From IMG/VR virus record IMGVR_UViG_3300001530_000192: a stretch of 31,399 bases of DNA; one strand, written 5' to 3'. The notes under the pieces are model-generated. The model saw only the letters and a list, made by a program, of their open reading frames with translations, was not told the origin of the DNA and ran no database searches. This DNA is from a virus. Below are positions 9,292-18,083 of this stretch, in pieces (within the stretch, counting starts at the first letter, position 1; each line of letters begins with the position of its first letter). The translations under genes were made by a program, and so were the position numbers.

Positions 9292-10473
9292 TTAAGCAGA
9301 TTTGATAGTTAATTTAGATAATTTTTGAAGATGTTCAATTTTAGCATCACATTCTAACCATGCAACTACACCTGTAGCATGTTGTGTAGCATATTTTTCT
9401 CTTAATACTTGGATTTCTAATTCTTTAGTAGTTTTAAGAGCGATACCACTAAAGTTACCAAAGATAATTGGTGATTTTCCACTTTCAATTCCAACCATAT
9501 TGTCTGAAACATATACAGGGTAACCTAAAACCATACCATCAAATTCACCTGTTGGGTCAGGTTGGAACATTGGTCTTTCATTACCATCTTTCATTGTTTC
9601 AAGAACTGTTTGAGTGTCTTGGTTCATTACCCATATAGAACCTTTTCTAAATGATTGAATTACTTTATTTTTAACTTTAACTAAATCATCATAAGAGATA
9701 GCACCTGCTACTTCACTTTCTACAGTTTGAGATGCAGGAATTTCACTACATCCTGTGATTTTTTTTTCAGTACCATTTAATACTTCACCTTCAAGGAATA
9801 ATTTTACATATTCTGCAATGATATTAATAACAATATTAACTAAATCAATATCAGTATTATTAACTAATGAATTACCTATTTTTGCTAATGCTCCAATTAA
9901 GTAATCTTCTAATGTTACTGATGAGAATTTACCTGCTTTTTCTACTAATTCAGTAAAATCAGTAGCATAATCAACAGTTATATCATCATCACCATTTTTA
10001 CCATATACAGGTATTTCTAATTTTCCTTTAGTGTTATATTTTGTTGCTTTATCTAATATTGGTGACATATTATAAGCAGTCATTATGATTTTATTTGCAA
10101 TTGTAGTTGGTACAATTACACCATTAGTTCCTTGTGAAAATGAACTACCATCTCTTGTTTCACTTAATACTTCATTTCTGATATATTTAGCAAAACTTTC
10201 GATATCTCTAGTTTCAATTTCTAATGCTCTTTCTTCTTCAGACATATTATCTTCCTCCTTTTTCTTATCTTCTTCTTTTTTAGCATCATCAACTAATTCT
10301 CTGCTTTGTTCAAAAGCCTCCATAGTTTTATTTATGGCATCTATTTCATCTTTTAATTGATTAAATAGTTTTTCTTCATCTTCTGTAAATGCTCTTTCTT
10401 CTGCCTTTACATCATTTAGTAACTTATCCATTTGAGTTACTTTTTCATTTTTTTGTTCTTCTAAACTTTTCAT
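9292..10473 (-). CDS. Major capsid protein, HK97 family, with an N-terminal coiled-coil delta domain.
   Basis: 393 aa. It has a K/E-rich, roughly 100-aa N-terminal domain followed by a typical HK97-fold region (..GVIVPTTIANKII..). It follows the prohead protease. Confidence 0.9.
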   Translation of the reverse strand: MKSLEEQKNEKVTQMDKLLNDVKAEERAFTEDEEKLFNQLKDEIDAINKTMEAFEQSRELVDDAKKEEDKKKEEDNMSEEERALEIETRDIESFAKYIRNEVLSETRDGSSFSQGTNGVIVPTTIANKIIMTAYNMSPILDKATKYNTKGKLEIPVYGKNGDDDITVDYATDFTELVEKAGKFSSVTLEDYLIGALAKIGNSLVNNTDIDLVNIVINIIAEYVKLFLEGEVLNGTEKKITGCSEIPASQTVESEVAGAISYDDLVKVKNKVIQSFRKGSIWVMNQDTQTVLETMKDGNERPMFQPDPTGEFDGMVLGYPVYVSDNMVGIESGKSPIIFGNFSGIALKTTKELEIQVLREKYATQHATGVVAWLECDAKIEHLQKLSKLTIKSA

Positions 10474-11360
10474 CTTTCTTTTCCTCCTTTTACTTCATTT
10501 AGAATATTCTCATATTTTGAGTAATTTATTTTTTCAACATCCACATTTTGTGGTTGTTCAGGCACTTCCTCATCTGCTCTTATTTCTTTATAACCTCCAC
10601 GAACTACTTTAACTTGATTTGTACTATCAATAGTAACAGTTCCATCAGTTATTGAATAAGGCATCTTATATAGTTGACTACCATTGTCAATTGTTCCATA
10701 AACAAATTCACCATCGTAATCTTCTAACCATCCATCTTTGAATAGTGTTCTATATGTACTACCTAACACTTCTCTTTTTTGTGATGCAGTCATATCACTA
10801 AAGTTTGGTGTTGACTCTTCACCATTATTTTCATCTACTGTGTAAGAATTATCTTCAAAATCCTCACTACGATATTCAATAACAGTTGCATCATCACCTC
10901 TTAATTCAATAGATGTTCCTATGTAAGCAGGTATTTTTTTATCATCTATAATAGATACTTCAAATAAATCAATATCTCTTACACTTCTTTCTCTTAAACC
11001 ATTTTTATTGATAACCTCTTCATCTTTATTACAAGAAAAACCAAAAGACCATCCTCTTAATTTTTTCTTTTTTGCTTTTTCAATTACATCAGAGTCAGTT
11101 ATTTCAACAATGGCTCTTAAACCAATATTATCTTCATAAAGTTCTGCAGTACCATCTTTGGTATTTGCTAATTCTTTATCGTAATCATGGTCTAATAAAA
11201 CTTTTACAGATGGATTTTTTTCAAGTGCCCTCCTAAATACTGTTGGTAATATTTTCTCTATAAATTGACCTTTCTTGTCATATAGAATTTTAGAAAATCT
11301 ATCAACTGCATTTACATAGCCATCAATTATGACTTTGTCGTTTCTTACTTCTATTTTCAT
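10470..11360 (-). CDS. Prohead serine protease (HK97 / S78 family).
   Basis: The LLDHDYDK... and ..LRGWSFGF.. motifs are present. I place the start at ATG 11360 (MKIEVRND). The six upstream codons in the ORF track (ATGGAGGAGGTGAAAAAA) are themselves the GGAGGAGGTG Shine-Dalgarno sequence. Confidence 0.85.
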   Translation of the reverse strand: MKIEVRNDKVIIDGYVNAVDRFSKILYDKKGQFIEKILPTVFRRALEKNPSVKVLLDHDYDKELANTKDGTAELYEDNIGLRAIVEITDSDVIEKAKKKKLRGWSFGFSCNKDEEVINKNGLRERSVRDIDLFEVSIIDDKKIPAYIGTSIELRGDDATVIEYRSEDFEDNSYTVDENNGEESTPNFSDMTASQKREVLGSTYRTLFKDGWLEDYDGEFVYGTIDNGSQLYKMPYSITDGTVTIDSTNQVKVVRGGYKEIRADEEVPEQPQNVDVEKINYSKYENILNEVKGGKER

Positions 11361-12591
11361 TTTTTTCACCTCCTCCATCGTTCATATTCATTACTGAACC
11401 TGTATTTGGTGTGTAATATTTACCTGTGTCAATATCATATAAGACATTAGCAAGGTTCATACTTACAACATCTAGTCCATCAATTGAATAATAATCTTCT
11501 GCATCTCTTATTTCATTCTTTGTCATCCAACCTGTATCAGATGCAATTTTATATGCTTCATATCTTTCTTTTAATGAACCTCTTGTTATTTTCTTTGTAT
11601 CAAATGCAAAATAAAAGAGTCCTTTTTCTGACTCTAACAAGAAATTCTTATTTAATGCATATTCAATTGCACTAATAATTGGCATAACACCATCTTTAAT
11701 TGTATTATTATAATCTGAATAAATATGAAATACATCATTTATATCATCTTTCAATGTCTTTTTTCTTTCATTAATTTGTAATTCTACAGAGGAATTTGCA
11801 CCCTCTTTAAAATCCAAACCATCATTTAAAATGATTACATTATCTTCACTATTATTTCCATAATATTTATTCCATGCATCTTTTAAGGCTTTTATTTCTT
11901 CTTTACCTAGTTTTTTAGTAGCAGTAAGAAAACCTTTTTTTGCTCCACCCTTTTTAACTAATCCTAATTCATAAAGAATAGTTGTAAAAGCAGTTTCTAT
12001 TGATTTTGATATTTCATCAATAGCACTTATTCCTTTAACTCCATCTTTGGTATTTCTTAAAACTGTAATAAAATTATACAATTCATAATCTTTACCATAG
12101 ACATTGTATTTTGCATCTTTAAATATTGGGTCATAATTTGTTTGTGGTGATACATAACTTGGTTCAACATATTTCAATGCTTTAAATTCATTTCTATATT
12201 TTTCAATATAAACATAAGCACCTTTGTCTGTAAGGTAATCATTTACAATTGATTTTTTTAATTGAAATGGGTCAAGTAAATCACCTGTATCTTGATTTAA
12301 AATATATAATCTATTATCATCAAGAACTTCTTCAATTTTTCTATTACCTTTATCATCTGTAACATATTTATACATTCGAATAGGTAACATTGCAATCAAG
12401 TTTGATATTCTATCAACTGCACTTGATACTGCAGGAACTGAAAGTGCTTTATCTCTTGTTATTTTTTCGCCTCTTAATAAACTTTTTAAAAGTAAATCTT
12501 GAGGTGTATCTGTTGTTTGTTCAGTTGTTTCATTTGATGTTGACTCTGCACTTGGTTCTTCTCTTTTAAATATTAAATCTATGATTGACAT
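11323..12591 (-). CDS. Portal protein (HK97 family).
   Basis: 422 aa. Placed between the large terminase and the prohead protease. Confidence 0.85.
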   Translation of the reverse strand: MSIIDLIFKREEPSAESTSNETTEQTTDTPQDLLLKSLLRGEKITRDKALSVPAVSSAVDRISNLIAMLPIRMYKYVTDDKGNRKIEEVLDDNRLYILNQDTGDLLDPFQLKKSIVNDYLTDKGAYVYIEKYRNEFKALKYVEPSYVSPQTNYDPIFKDAKYNVYGKDYELYNFITVLRNTKDGVKGISAIDEISKSIETAFTTILYELGLVKKGGAKKGFLTATKKLGKEEIKALKDAWNKYYGNNSEDNVIILNDGLDFKEGANSSVELQINERKKTLKDDINDVFHIYSDYNNTIKDGVMPIISAIEYALNKNFLLESEKGLFYFAFDTKKITRGSLKERYEAYKIASDTGWMTKNEIRDAEDYYSIDGLDVVSMNLANVLYDIDTGKYYTPNTGSVMNMNDGGGEKNENRSKKRQSHN

Positions 12592-12613
12592 GTTTTCACC
12601 TCTTTTCTTTCAA

Positions 12614-12641
12614 AAGTAAAAACAGACATTTCTGCCTGTTT
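12614..12641 (-). terminator. Terminator-like hairpin plus T-run between terL and portal.
   Basis: The minus-strand RNA forms aaacaggc-agaaat-gtctgttt (an 8-bp stem with one G-U pair that only forms on the minus strand), followed by ttttt. Confidence 0.5.
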
Positions 12642-12665
12642 CATTTTATTTCATTATCTCACATT

Positions 12666-12701
12666 TACATTATAACATAATATGAGTGTGAAAAATGTGA
12701 A
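12666..12701 (-). promoter_or_regulatory. Conserved late-promoter-like motif, copy 1: TTCACA-N4-TCACACT-N7-TGTTATAATGTA (minus sense).
   Basis: Plus strand reads tacattataaca-taatatg-agtgtga-aaaa-tgtgaa. The same blocks and spacing occur at 15638-15673 and 29133-29168. It contains an extended -10 (TGnTATAAT). Confidence 0.5.
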
Positions 12702-12703
12702 AG

Positions 12704-14449
12704 TTAAGCAACTTGAACAAAAAAGTTTCCATTTTCAAGAAATACTTCTTGTTGCAATAAATAAATACTATTTATAAGTGCTACAACCATATCTATTTTT
12801 CCATTGGATTTCTTTTTATTAACATATCTATTCATATTTGTATCAAAAACACATCTTGCATTTTGAAAATTAATTTCAAGTAATTTATTATCTTCATATC
12901 TGAACTTACCATCCATTATTTTTTCATACAATAATTTTGTAGGTGGATGTAATGTATCAGAGTGTTGTCTAATTTGAACTGTCTGATATTTTTCATCCCA
13001 TTTTTGAGCAGATGATAATGCATTATATCTATCATATCCTATAGCCATAACAACAACATCATATTTTTCTTCTATTGCAAACACAAAATCTTCAATAACT
13101 TTATAATCAACTGTTTTATCACCACAAGCGATACATTTCATAGCATTAATAAAATCATAATAATTAACTTTTTCAAATTGATTTTTTTCTTCTATTCTTC
13201 CCTCTGGAATAAATGATATTGCTTCTGCTAATATTACATCATCATCATTACTTGTCATTGCTACTGCACAGTTGTCATTAGTCATAGCAAGGTCAACACC
13301 AATATATACTTCTTTACCTGACCAATCAATTTTATCAACTTTGCATTTTTGTACTTCTGTTACATCTACAAAACTTTCAGTTCCTGCACCTTGATAAATA
13401 ATATTACAATGTTTTGTAAGAAAGTTTTCTCTCTTACTTTCCATTTCAATTGCTTTAGTTCTTTTATCTAATAAATCTCTAAATACTGCCTCAACTTCAA
13501 TTGCTAATGGATTTGATTGTAAAATAATATTATCATCATTAGTCCAATTTTTAGTTTCATTAGGTTCAAATAACAATGCAAATACTTTTTCATCATCGAT
13601 GATATCATCTAATACTTTTTTTGCATAAGTTGTTTCAGTTTCCATCGGATTATCTACTGTAGGATATTTAGTGGAAATAATAAAACCTAATTTATTAAAT
13701 ACCAATAATTGTCCTGACCTCATCGCTTCAATGGCATAATCTGTTGGTAATGCACCAACCTCATCTGCAACAAATACATTTGGTTCTTTACCATCCATTC
13801 TATCTTTTGAATAATTTAAAGGTGTATAAATTGTTTCAGTTAAACTATGTCTGATACAATCTCTTAATATTTTAAATTCACCCTCTTCAAAGACACTTGT
13901 ATTTGCTTTGATTAATGGTTCTAGTGCTTTTTTAATTTCTTTAGCCAATGCTCCATCAGGTGCAACTGAATAGAATTGAGAATATTTTGGTTCAAGGTAA
14001 AATAACAATAATATTACAAGTGCAACTATAAATGTTTTACCATTCTTTCTGCATATTTCTAATATTATTGTTTCATATCTTCTTTTATTTTTATTATCTC
14101 TATACACAGTACAAAGACTAGCAACTATAATAAGCCATTGATATCCTGCCAATGCTTCATATATTTTTCGACCTCTTTTTATACCTTTTGCCATTACTAA
14201 TATTTTTAATATTTTATCTATTCTTTTCAATCTGCTAATATCGATTATATATTTACTAGATTTATTATCTGCAATATCTAAAAATATCTTACATTGTTTT
14301 TTAACATACTTTGGCGATATAAATTGCTTTTCACCATTTAATTCATAATACAATGGTGGTGGTTGTAATGTTCCATCAACTATCTTTTTAGCATAAATAT
14401 AACTTGGATGAAGTTCTATATTATTGTTCTTCATTGTCATCATCTTCAT
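12704..14449 (-). CDS. terL: Terminase large subunit.
   Basis: 581 aa. It has a Walker A-like motif (CRKNGKT). It lies downstream of the small subunit and overlaps it. Several in-frame ATGs at 14434-14449 leave the exact start uncertain. Confidence 0.9.
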   Translation of the reverse strand: MKMMTMKNNNIELHPSYIYAKKIVDGTLQPPPLYYELNGEKQFISPKYVKKQCKIFLDIADNKSSKYIIDISRLKRIDKILKILVMAKGIKRGRKIYEALAGYQWLIIVASLCTVYRDNKNKRRYETIILEICRKNGKTFIVALVILLLFYLEPKYSQFYSVAPDGALAKEIKKALEPLIKANTSVFEEGEFKILRDCIRHSLTETIYTPLNYSKDRMDGKEPNVFVADEVGALPTDYAIEAMRSGQLLVFNKLGFIISTKYPTVDNPMETETTYAKKVLDDIIDDEKVFALLFEPNETKNWTNDDNIILQSNPLAIEVEAVFRDLLDKRTKAIEMESKRENFLTKHCNIIYQGAGTESFVDVTEVQKCKVDKIDWSGKEVYIGVDLAMTNDNCAVAMTSNDDDVILAEAISFIPEGRIEEKNQFEKVNYYDFINAMKCIACGDKTVDYKVIEDFVFAIEEKYDVVVMAIGYDRYNALSSAQKWDEKYQTVQIRQHSDTLHPPTKLLYEKIMDGKFRYEDNKLLEINFQNARCVFDTNMNRYVNKKKSNGKIDMVVALINSIYLLQQEVFLENGNFFVQVA

Positions 14450-14921
14450 TCAATATATCCATCAAAGTTTTCTTCTTTGTTGGAGTCGCATTGATTGATA
14501 TTTTCGCTCTTGCTTGTGGTGATAATGACAATTCATTACAACATCTAAAAAAGTCTTTAGAGTACATATCCCTAACAGACTTTAGATTTATAATAGTTTT
14601 AACATCTAACTTATCTTTTACTTTACCATCTTCATCAGTTATCTTACTAGACTCATTTATCTCTTTTTCAAGACTCTCTAATCGTTCAATTGTGATTGCA
14701 GTTTGATTTAATAAATAAGTATCTAAATTACTTAAAATATCTTGATTAAGATTATTTAAGATATCTTTAAAAATTGCTTTTTGTCTTTTGTTAAGATACT
14801 TAAATGGTTTTATTTTATCATTAGCACCTCTTAATTTTTTTTCGCTTTCTTCTCTTTCTTTTCTTTCCTTTTTACTCATTTTCATTGAGTTTGTATCAAT
14901 CGCTTTTGCAGGTCTTGCCAT
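14421..14921 (-). CDS. terS: Terminase small subunit (P27-like).
   Basis: The MARPAKAIDTN... N-terminus is typical of P27-family small terminases. The start is reset to ATG 14921, which is preceded by AGGAGGTG. The GTG used by the ORF track lies inside that SD sequence. Confidence 0.75.
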   Translation of the reverse strand: MARPAKAIDTNSMKMSKKERKEREESEKKLRGANDKIKPFKYLNKRQKAIFKDILNNLNQDILSNLDTYLLNQTAITIERLESLEKEINESSKITDEDGKVKDKLDVKTIINLKSVRDMYSKDFFRCCNELSLSPQARAKISINATPTKKKTLMDILNEDDDNEEQ

Positions 14922-15029
14922 GATTATCACCTCCTATTTTTTTCAACAATTGATGGAAAATTTTCATTTTAGGCATTTTTTACACTTTTAGGGGATGCGT
15001 AGGTTTTGAAAGTTTTGTAAAATCCTTAA

Positions 15030-15467
15030 TTAAAAGGCAGGGGGGATGGTTGCTCCACCCTCTACTGCCTCTACTTCTGCTTTTATTTTCTTTAAATCAC
15101 AATCTTCTTTAATTAATTCTTGCAATATTTTTCTTGGTATGACATTATTATCACTTAATTTATGATGATAACAACACAAAGTTATAAGGTTTTCATCATC
15201 TAATCTTCGGGAATAATCTTCTTCTAATGGAATTATGTGATGAACTTCTAACTTGTTGAAGTTATAAATACTAGAGGTGTTATAGATATCTGCGATGCAA
15301 CATCTACATAAATGTTTATCTCTATTTCTTATATCTTCACTCTTTTTATGCCATTTATAAGTCTTTCTGAACTTATCTGCATCTGTTAAACCTCTAACCT
15401 GTCTATTCTTATAGCATGTCTTATTAAAATCGTGTATCTTTCCACACCTACTACAACTCTTTAGCAT
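15030..15467 (-). CDS. hnh: HNH endonuclease (terminase-associated).
   Basis: It has the HNH motif EVHHIIPLEED...NLITLCCYHH plus CxxC pairs. It lies immediately upstream of terS, as in HK97-like cos phages. Confidence 0.85.
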   Translation of the reverse strand: MLKSCSRCGKIHDFNKTCYKNRQVRGLTDADKFRKTYKWHKKSEDIRNRDKHLCRCCIADIYNTSSIYNFNKLEVHHIIPLEEDYSRRLDDENLITLCCYHHKLSDNNVIPRKILQELIKEDCDLKKIKAEVEAVEGGATIPPAF

Positions 15468-15597
15468 AAAAACATCTCCCTACCTAAAATTAAGCATAGC
15501 ACCTTTCTATGCTTATATGAGAGTACGATAGGAGATAATTGATACACAGAAAGGAAAAAAAGGTGCTATATTTTTTCTCATACTCTCATATAAACAC

Positions 15598-15626
15598 AGA
15601 AAAAAAGACAACATATTAGTTGCCTT
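15598..15626 (-). terminator. Terminator-like hairpin plus T-run downstream of late motif copy 2.
   Basis: The minus-strand RNA forms aaggcaac-taatat-gttgtctt (an 8-bp stem with one minus-strand-only G-U pair) running into ttttttt. Confidence 0.5.
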
Positions 15627-15637
15627 ACTATTCACCA

Positions 15638-15673
15638 TACATTATACCACTAATTTAGTGTGAGTTTTGTGAA
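15638..15673 (-). promoter_or_regulatory. Conserved late-promoter-like motif, copy 2 (TTCACA-N4-TCACACT-N7-TGGTATAATGTA).
   Basis: Plus strand reads tacattatacca-ctaattt-agtgtga-gttt-tgtgaa. The 27-mer 15654-15680 is identical to 29149-29175. Confidence 0.5.
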
Positions 15674-15676
15674 TTA

Positions 15677-16171
15677 TTAACATATATCAAATAAAGATAA
15701 TTGCATTTGTGGTTGTATATTTTTTGCTTCAATAAAGTCTTTTAAAAAGTCATCTATATTTGAATAATCATTTTGATTAAATCCATCACTAAAACCTCCA
15801 CCATGCCAATTTAATTCATTTCTATATTTTTTATTAGCATTATAATCAAAATATAAAACATAATCGTATTTGTTAAATAAATAATGTTTTTCATCAGTTT
15901 TTTCTATTGCTATTGTCAAATCATATTTTTCTGATTTGATTAGTAATTGATGTTCATGGATAGAGTCTAATAATTCTTGTATTTCAACATTATACTTAAC
16001 TTGAATATAATCCATTATGGATTTAAAAAAATTAACTTCCATATTATCTTCCTTTCTTGATTTTATACAATCAGGACATAAACACTTATTATCTATACCT
16101 TTTAAATAATCAAATTTCCCACATTCATCACATTTATCTTTAAAATTATTCTTGTGGCATTTCATATACAT
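15677..16171 (-). CDS. Hypothetical protein with an N-terminal Cys-rich (zinc-finger-like) segment.
   Basis: 164 aa. CDECGK...CLCPDC motifs are present. Confidence 0.55.
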   Translation of the reverse strand: MYMKCHKNNFKDKCDECGKFDYLKGIDNKCLCPDCIKSRKEDNMEVNFFKSIMDYIQVKYNVEIQELLDSIHEHQLLIKSEKYDLTIAIEKTDEKHYLFNKYDYVLYFDYNANKKYRNELNWHGGGFSDGFNQNDYSNIDDFLKDFIEAKNIQPQMQLSLFDIC

Positions 16172-16499
16172 AACAATCTGCTAATTCTATTTTTTCTAAT
16201 CTACTATCGCCGACAATATAATCTTCTTTAAAATATTTTTTCACCTGTTGCATCGTTTCTGCATTTACTATGCCATTAAACTTGATTATTCCTCTTGGTG
16301 AATGAATTTTTTGTATTTCATCTAATATTTCTAATGCTCTTTCTTTTGTTTTATATACACCTACAACATCACTTATACTATTATTATTCAAAATAAAATA
16401 TTCTTTTTTGCCATCTTCAAAAGTATGTTCTCTAATTTTTAATCTATTAATTTTAAATAAATCCATTTTATCTTGACTTCTAATCAATAAATCCATCAA
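16146..16499 (-). CDS. Hypothetical early protein.
   Basis: 117 aa. AAGGAGG lies upstream. The start is either TTG 16499 or ATG 16496. Confidence 0.55.
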   Translation of the reverse strand: MMDLLIRSQDKMDLFKINRLKIREHTFEDGKKEYFILNNNSISDVVGVYKTKERALEILDEIQKIHSPRGIIKFNGIVNAETMQQVKKYFKEDYIVGDSRLEKIELADCYVYEMPQE

Positions 16500-16513
16500 T
16501 ATCTAATCCTCCT

Positions 16514-16855
16514 TTATTCGTAATAGTCTAAATATTCTCTTATTGCTTGAATAATTTCATCATAAGACATATCTTTTGTTATTACTGTATTAATTAAATC
16601 ATCTGCACATACTTCTTTATCAATAAATAAATCGTGGAAAATACCCTCTACTTCAAAAAACATTGTATTTTGTTTTGATATCCTTTGGTGAGTCATTAAG
16701 CAATATGCTCTAGCACAATTATCCATAACCATAGAATAATCGCTTAATTCTCTCATAACTTGGTCTTTATTAAGAGTTCCATCTTCATTCTCAACTATAT
16801 CTTTCCAAAAATCCTCATATTCTTCTTGATATGTTTTTGGTCTATCATAAACCAT
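16514..16855 (-). CDS. Hypothetical early protein.
   Basis: The start is reset to ATG 16855 (MVYDRPKTY...), which is preceded by GGAGG. The 21-codon extension in the ORF track has no SD sequence. Confidence 0.55.
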   Translation of the reverse strand: MVYDRPKTYQEEYEDFWKDIVENEDGTLNKDQVMRELSDYSMVMDNCARAYCLMTHQRISKQNTMFFEVEGIFHDLFIDKEVCADDLINTVITKDMSYDEIIQAIREYLDYYE

Positions 16856-17067
16856 ATTTTTACCTCCATTCCCTACTATAATGAATTTAACAAAATGACA
16901 TAAGTCGGTTAAATTCACTTTTTTAATTCAAAATGTCATTTTTTCCTAGATTTTACAATCATTTTCCTGTTGTCAGGAAAGTGTTATTTTTTATTTGAAT
17001 TTACAAACTCTCATTTTGTAAAATTAGTAGTTTTTAATTTAAGTGATATGCTATTGCATACCACCAT

Positions 17068-17697
17068 TTAACTTCCTAAATAAAAGTTCTTTCTTTTAGT
17101 ATTTTTATCATTATTATCCCAACATATATATAATAATGTGACTCTTTCGTTAGAGTGATTTAACATTTCTTTTAATCCTATGATATCGCCTGTTTCTTCA
17201 TAGTATGACCTAGCAAAATATTTTCTTAATGAGTGGCATCCAACAGGATATCCTACTTTTACCTCATCTGATAATTGTTTTATAACCTGCCATGCTCTTT
17301 GCCTTGTAATTGGCATATTAATACCTTTTCTACTCTTAAATAAATATTCACCCTCAATTAATTCATTTCTATTAATATAATCTGCTATATCCTTTGCTAA
17401 TGATGGATGTAATTCAAATGATTGTTCTTTATTTGTTTTAAATTCTCTTGTATATACAGAACCATTCTTAAAATTATCAACTTTTAATTGTAAAATATCC
17501 TCAATTCTAAAGGCAAGGTTCATGCCAATAACTAATATCATATAGTTTCTATCCCATAGATATTGTTGTTCTTCATTGCCATCATCTTCTGCTTGGTTTC
17601 TTCTTTTTTTACAATTGATTATCATATTATCAATATCTGCTTTTTTAAATGGTTGCACTGTCTTTCTACCGAACTTAATTCTAAAAGTCCTACTCAT
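17068..17697 (-). CDS. Short tyrosine recombinase consisting of the catalytic domain only (second recombinase in this genome).
   Basis: 209 aa. It carries an R (AFRIEDIL), an HxxR box (CHSLRK), LNHSN and a terminal tyrosine (VTLLYI). There is no N-terminal core-binding domain. RBS AGGAGGTG precedes the start. Confidence 0.7.
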   Translation of the reverse strand: MSRTFRIKFGRKTVQPFKKADIDNMIINCKKRRNQAEDDGNEEQQYLWDRNYMILVIGMNLAFRIEDILQLKVDNFKNGSVYTREFKTNKEQSFELHPSLAKDIADYINRNELIEGEYLFKSRKGINMPITRQRAWQVIKQLSDEVKVGYPVGCHSLRKYFARSYYEETGDIIGLKEMLNHSNERVTLLYICWDNNDKNTKRKNFYLGS

Positions 17698-17708
17698 TTC
17701 ATCACCTC

Positions 17709-17843
17709 CTATTTTTTATCTATTTCAAGTTTTTTAACACCTTGCAAATCTATAATTTGCTTAATTATTTCTTTAACTTTATCTAAATTATAATCATATT
17801 CAATAATTACATTAATTGATATTTCTTTCTTATTGTTATACAT
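17709..17843 (-). CDS. Small hypothetical protein (44 aa), not in the ORF track.
   Basis: ATG 17843 overlaps the upstream stop (ATGTATAA), and AAGAGG lies 6 nt upstream. Translation: MYNNKKEISINVIIEYDYNLDKVKEIIKQIIDLQGVKKLEIDKK. Its TAG stop is embedded in the RBS of the recombinase gene. Confidence 0.5.
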   Translation of the reverse strand: MYNNKKEISINVIIEYDYNLDKVKEIIKQIIDLQGVKKLEIDKK

Positions 17844-18072
17844 AATTAACCTCTTTCCATGCTTTGATTAATTTGTTTCTTAATGTATAAGTATCATCAT
17901 CCATATTTTTTCTGATTATTTCCATAAATGATAATTTAGTTACATCATCAAGTTCATGTTTATATATTTCAGTATCTCTTATTAATGAATACATACACAA
18001 TTCTAATAATCTATTATATTGTTTTCTTAAATCATCCATTGTGGACTCTAAATTTCTAAAACTTTCCATCAA
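17836..18072 (-). CDS. Hypothetical early protein.
   Basis: ORF track, 78 aa, with GGAGG upstream. Confidence 0.55.
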   Translation of the reverse strand: MMESFRNLESTMDDLRKQYNRLLELCMYSLIRDTEIYKHELDDVTKLSFMEIIRKNMDDDTYTLRNKLIKAWKEVNYV

Positions 18073-18083
18073 TACCTCCTAAT

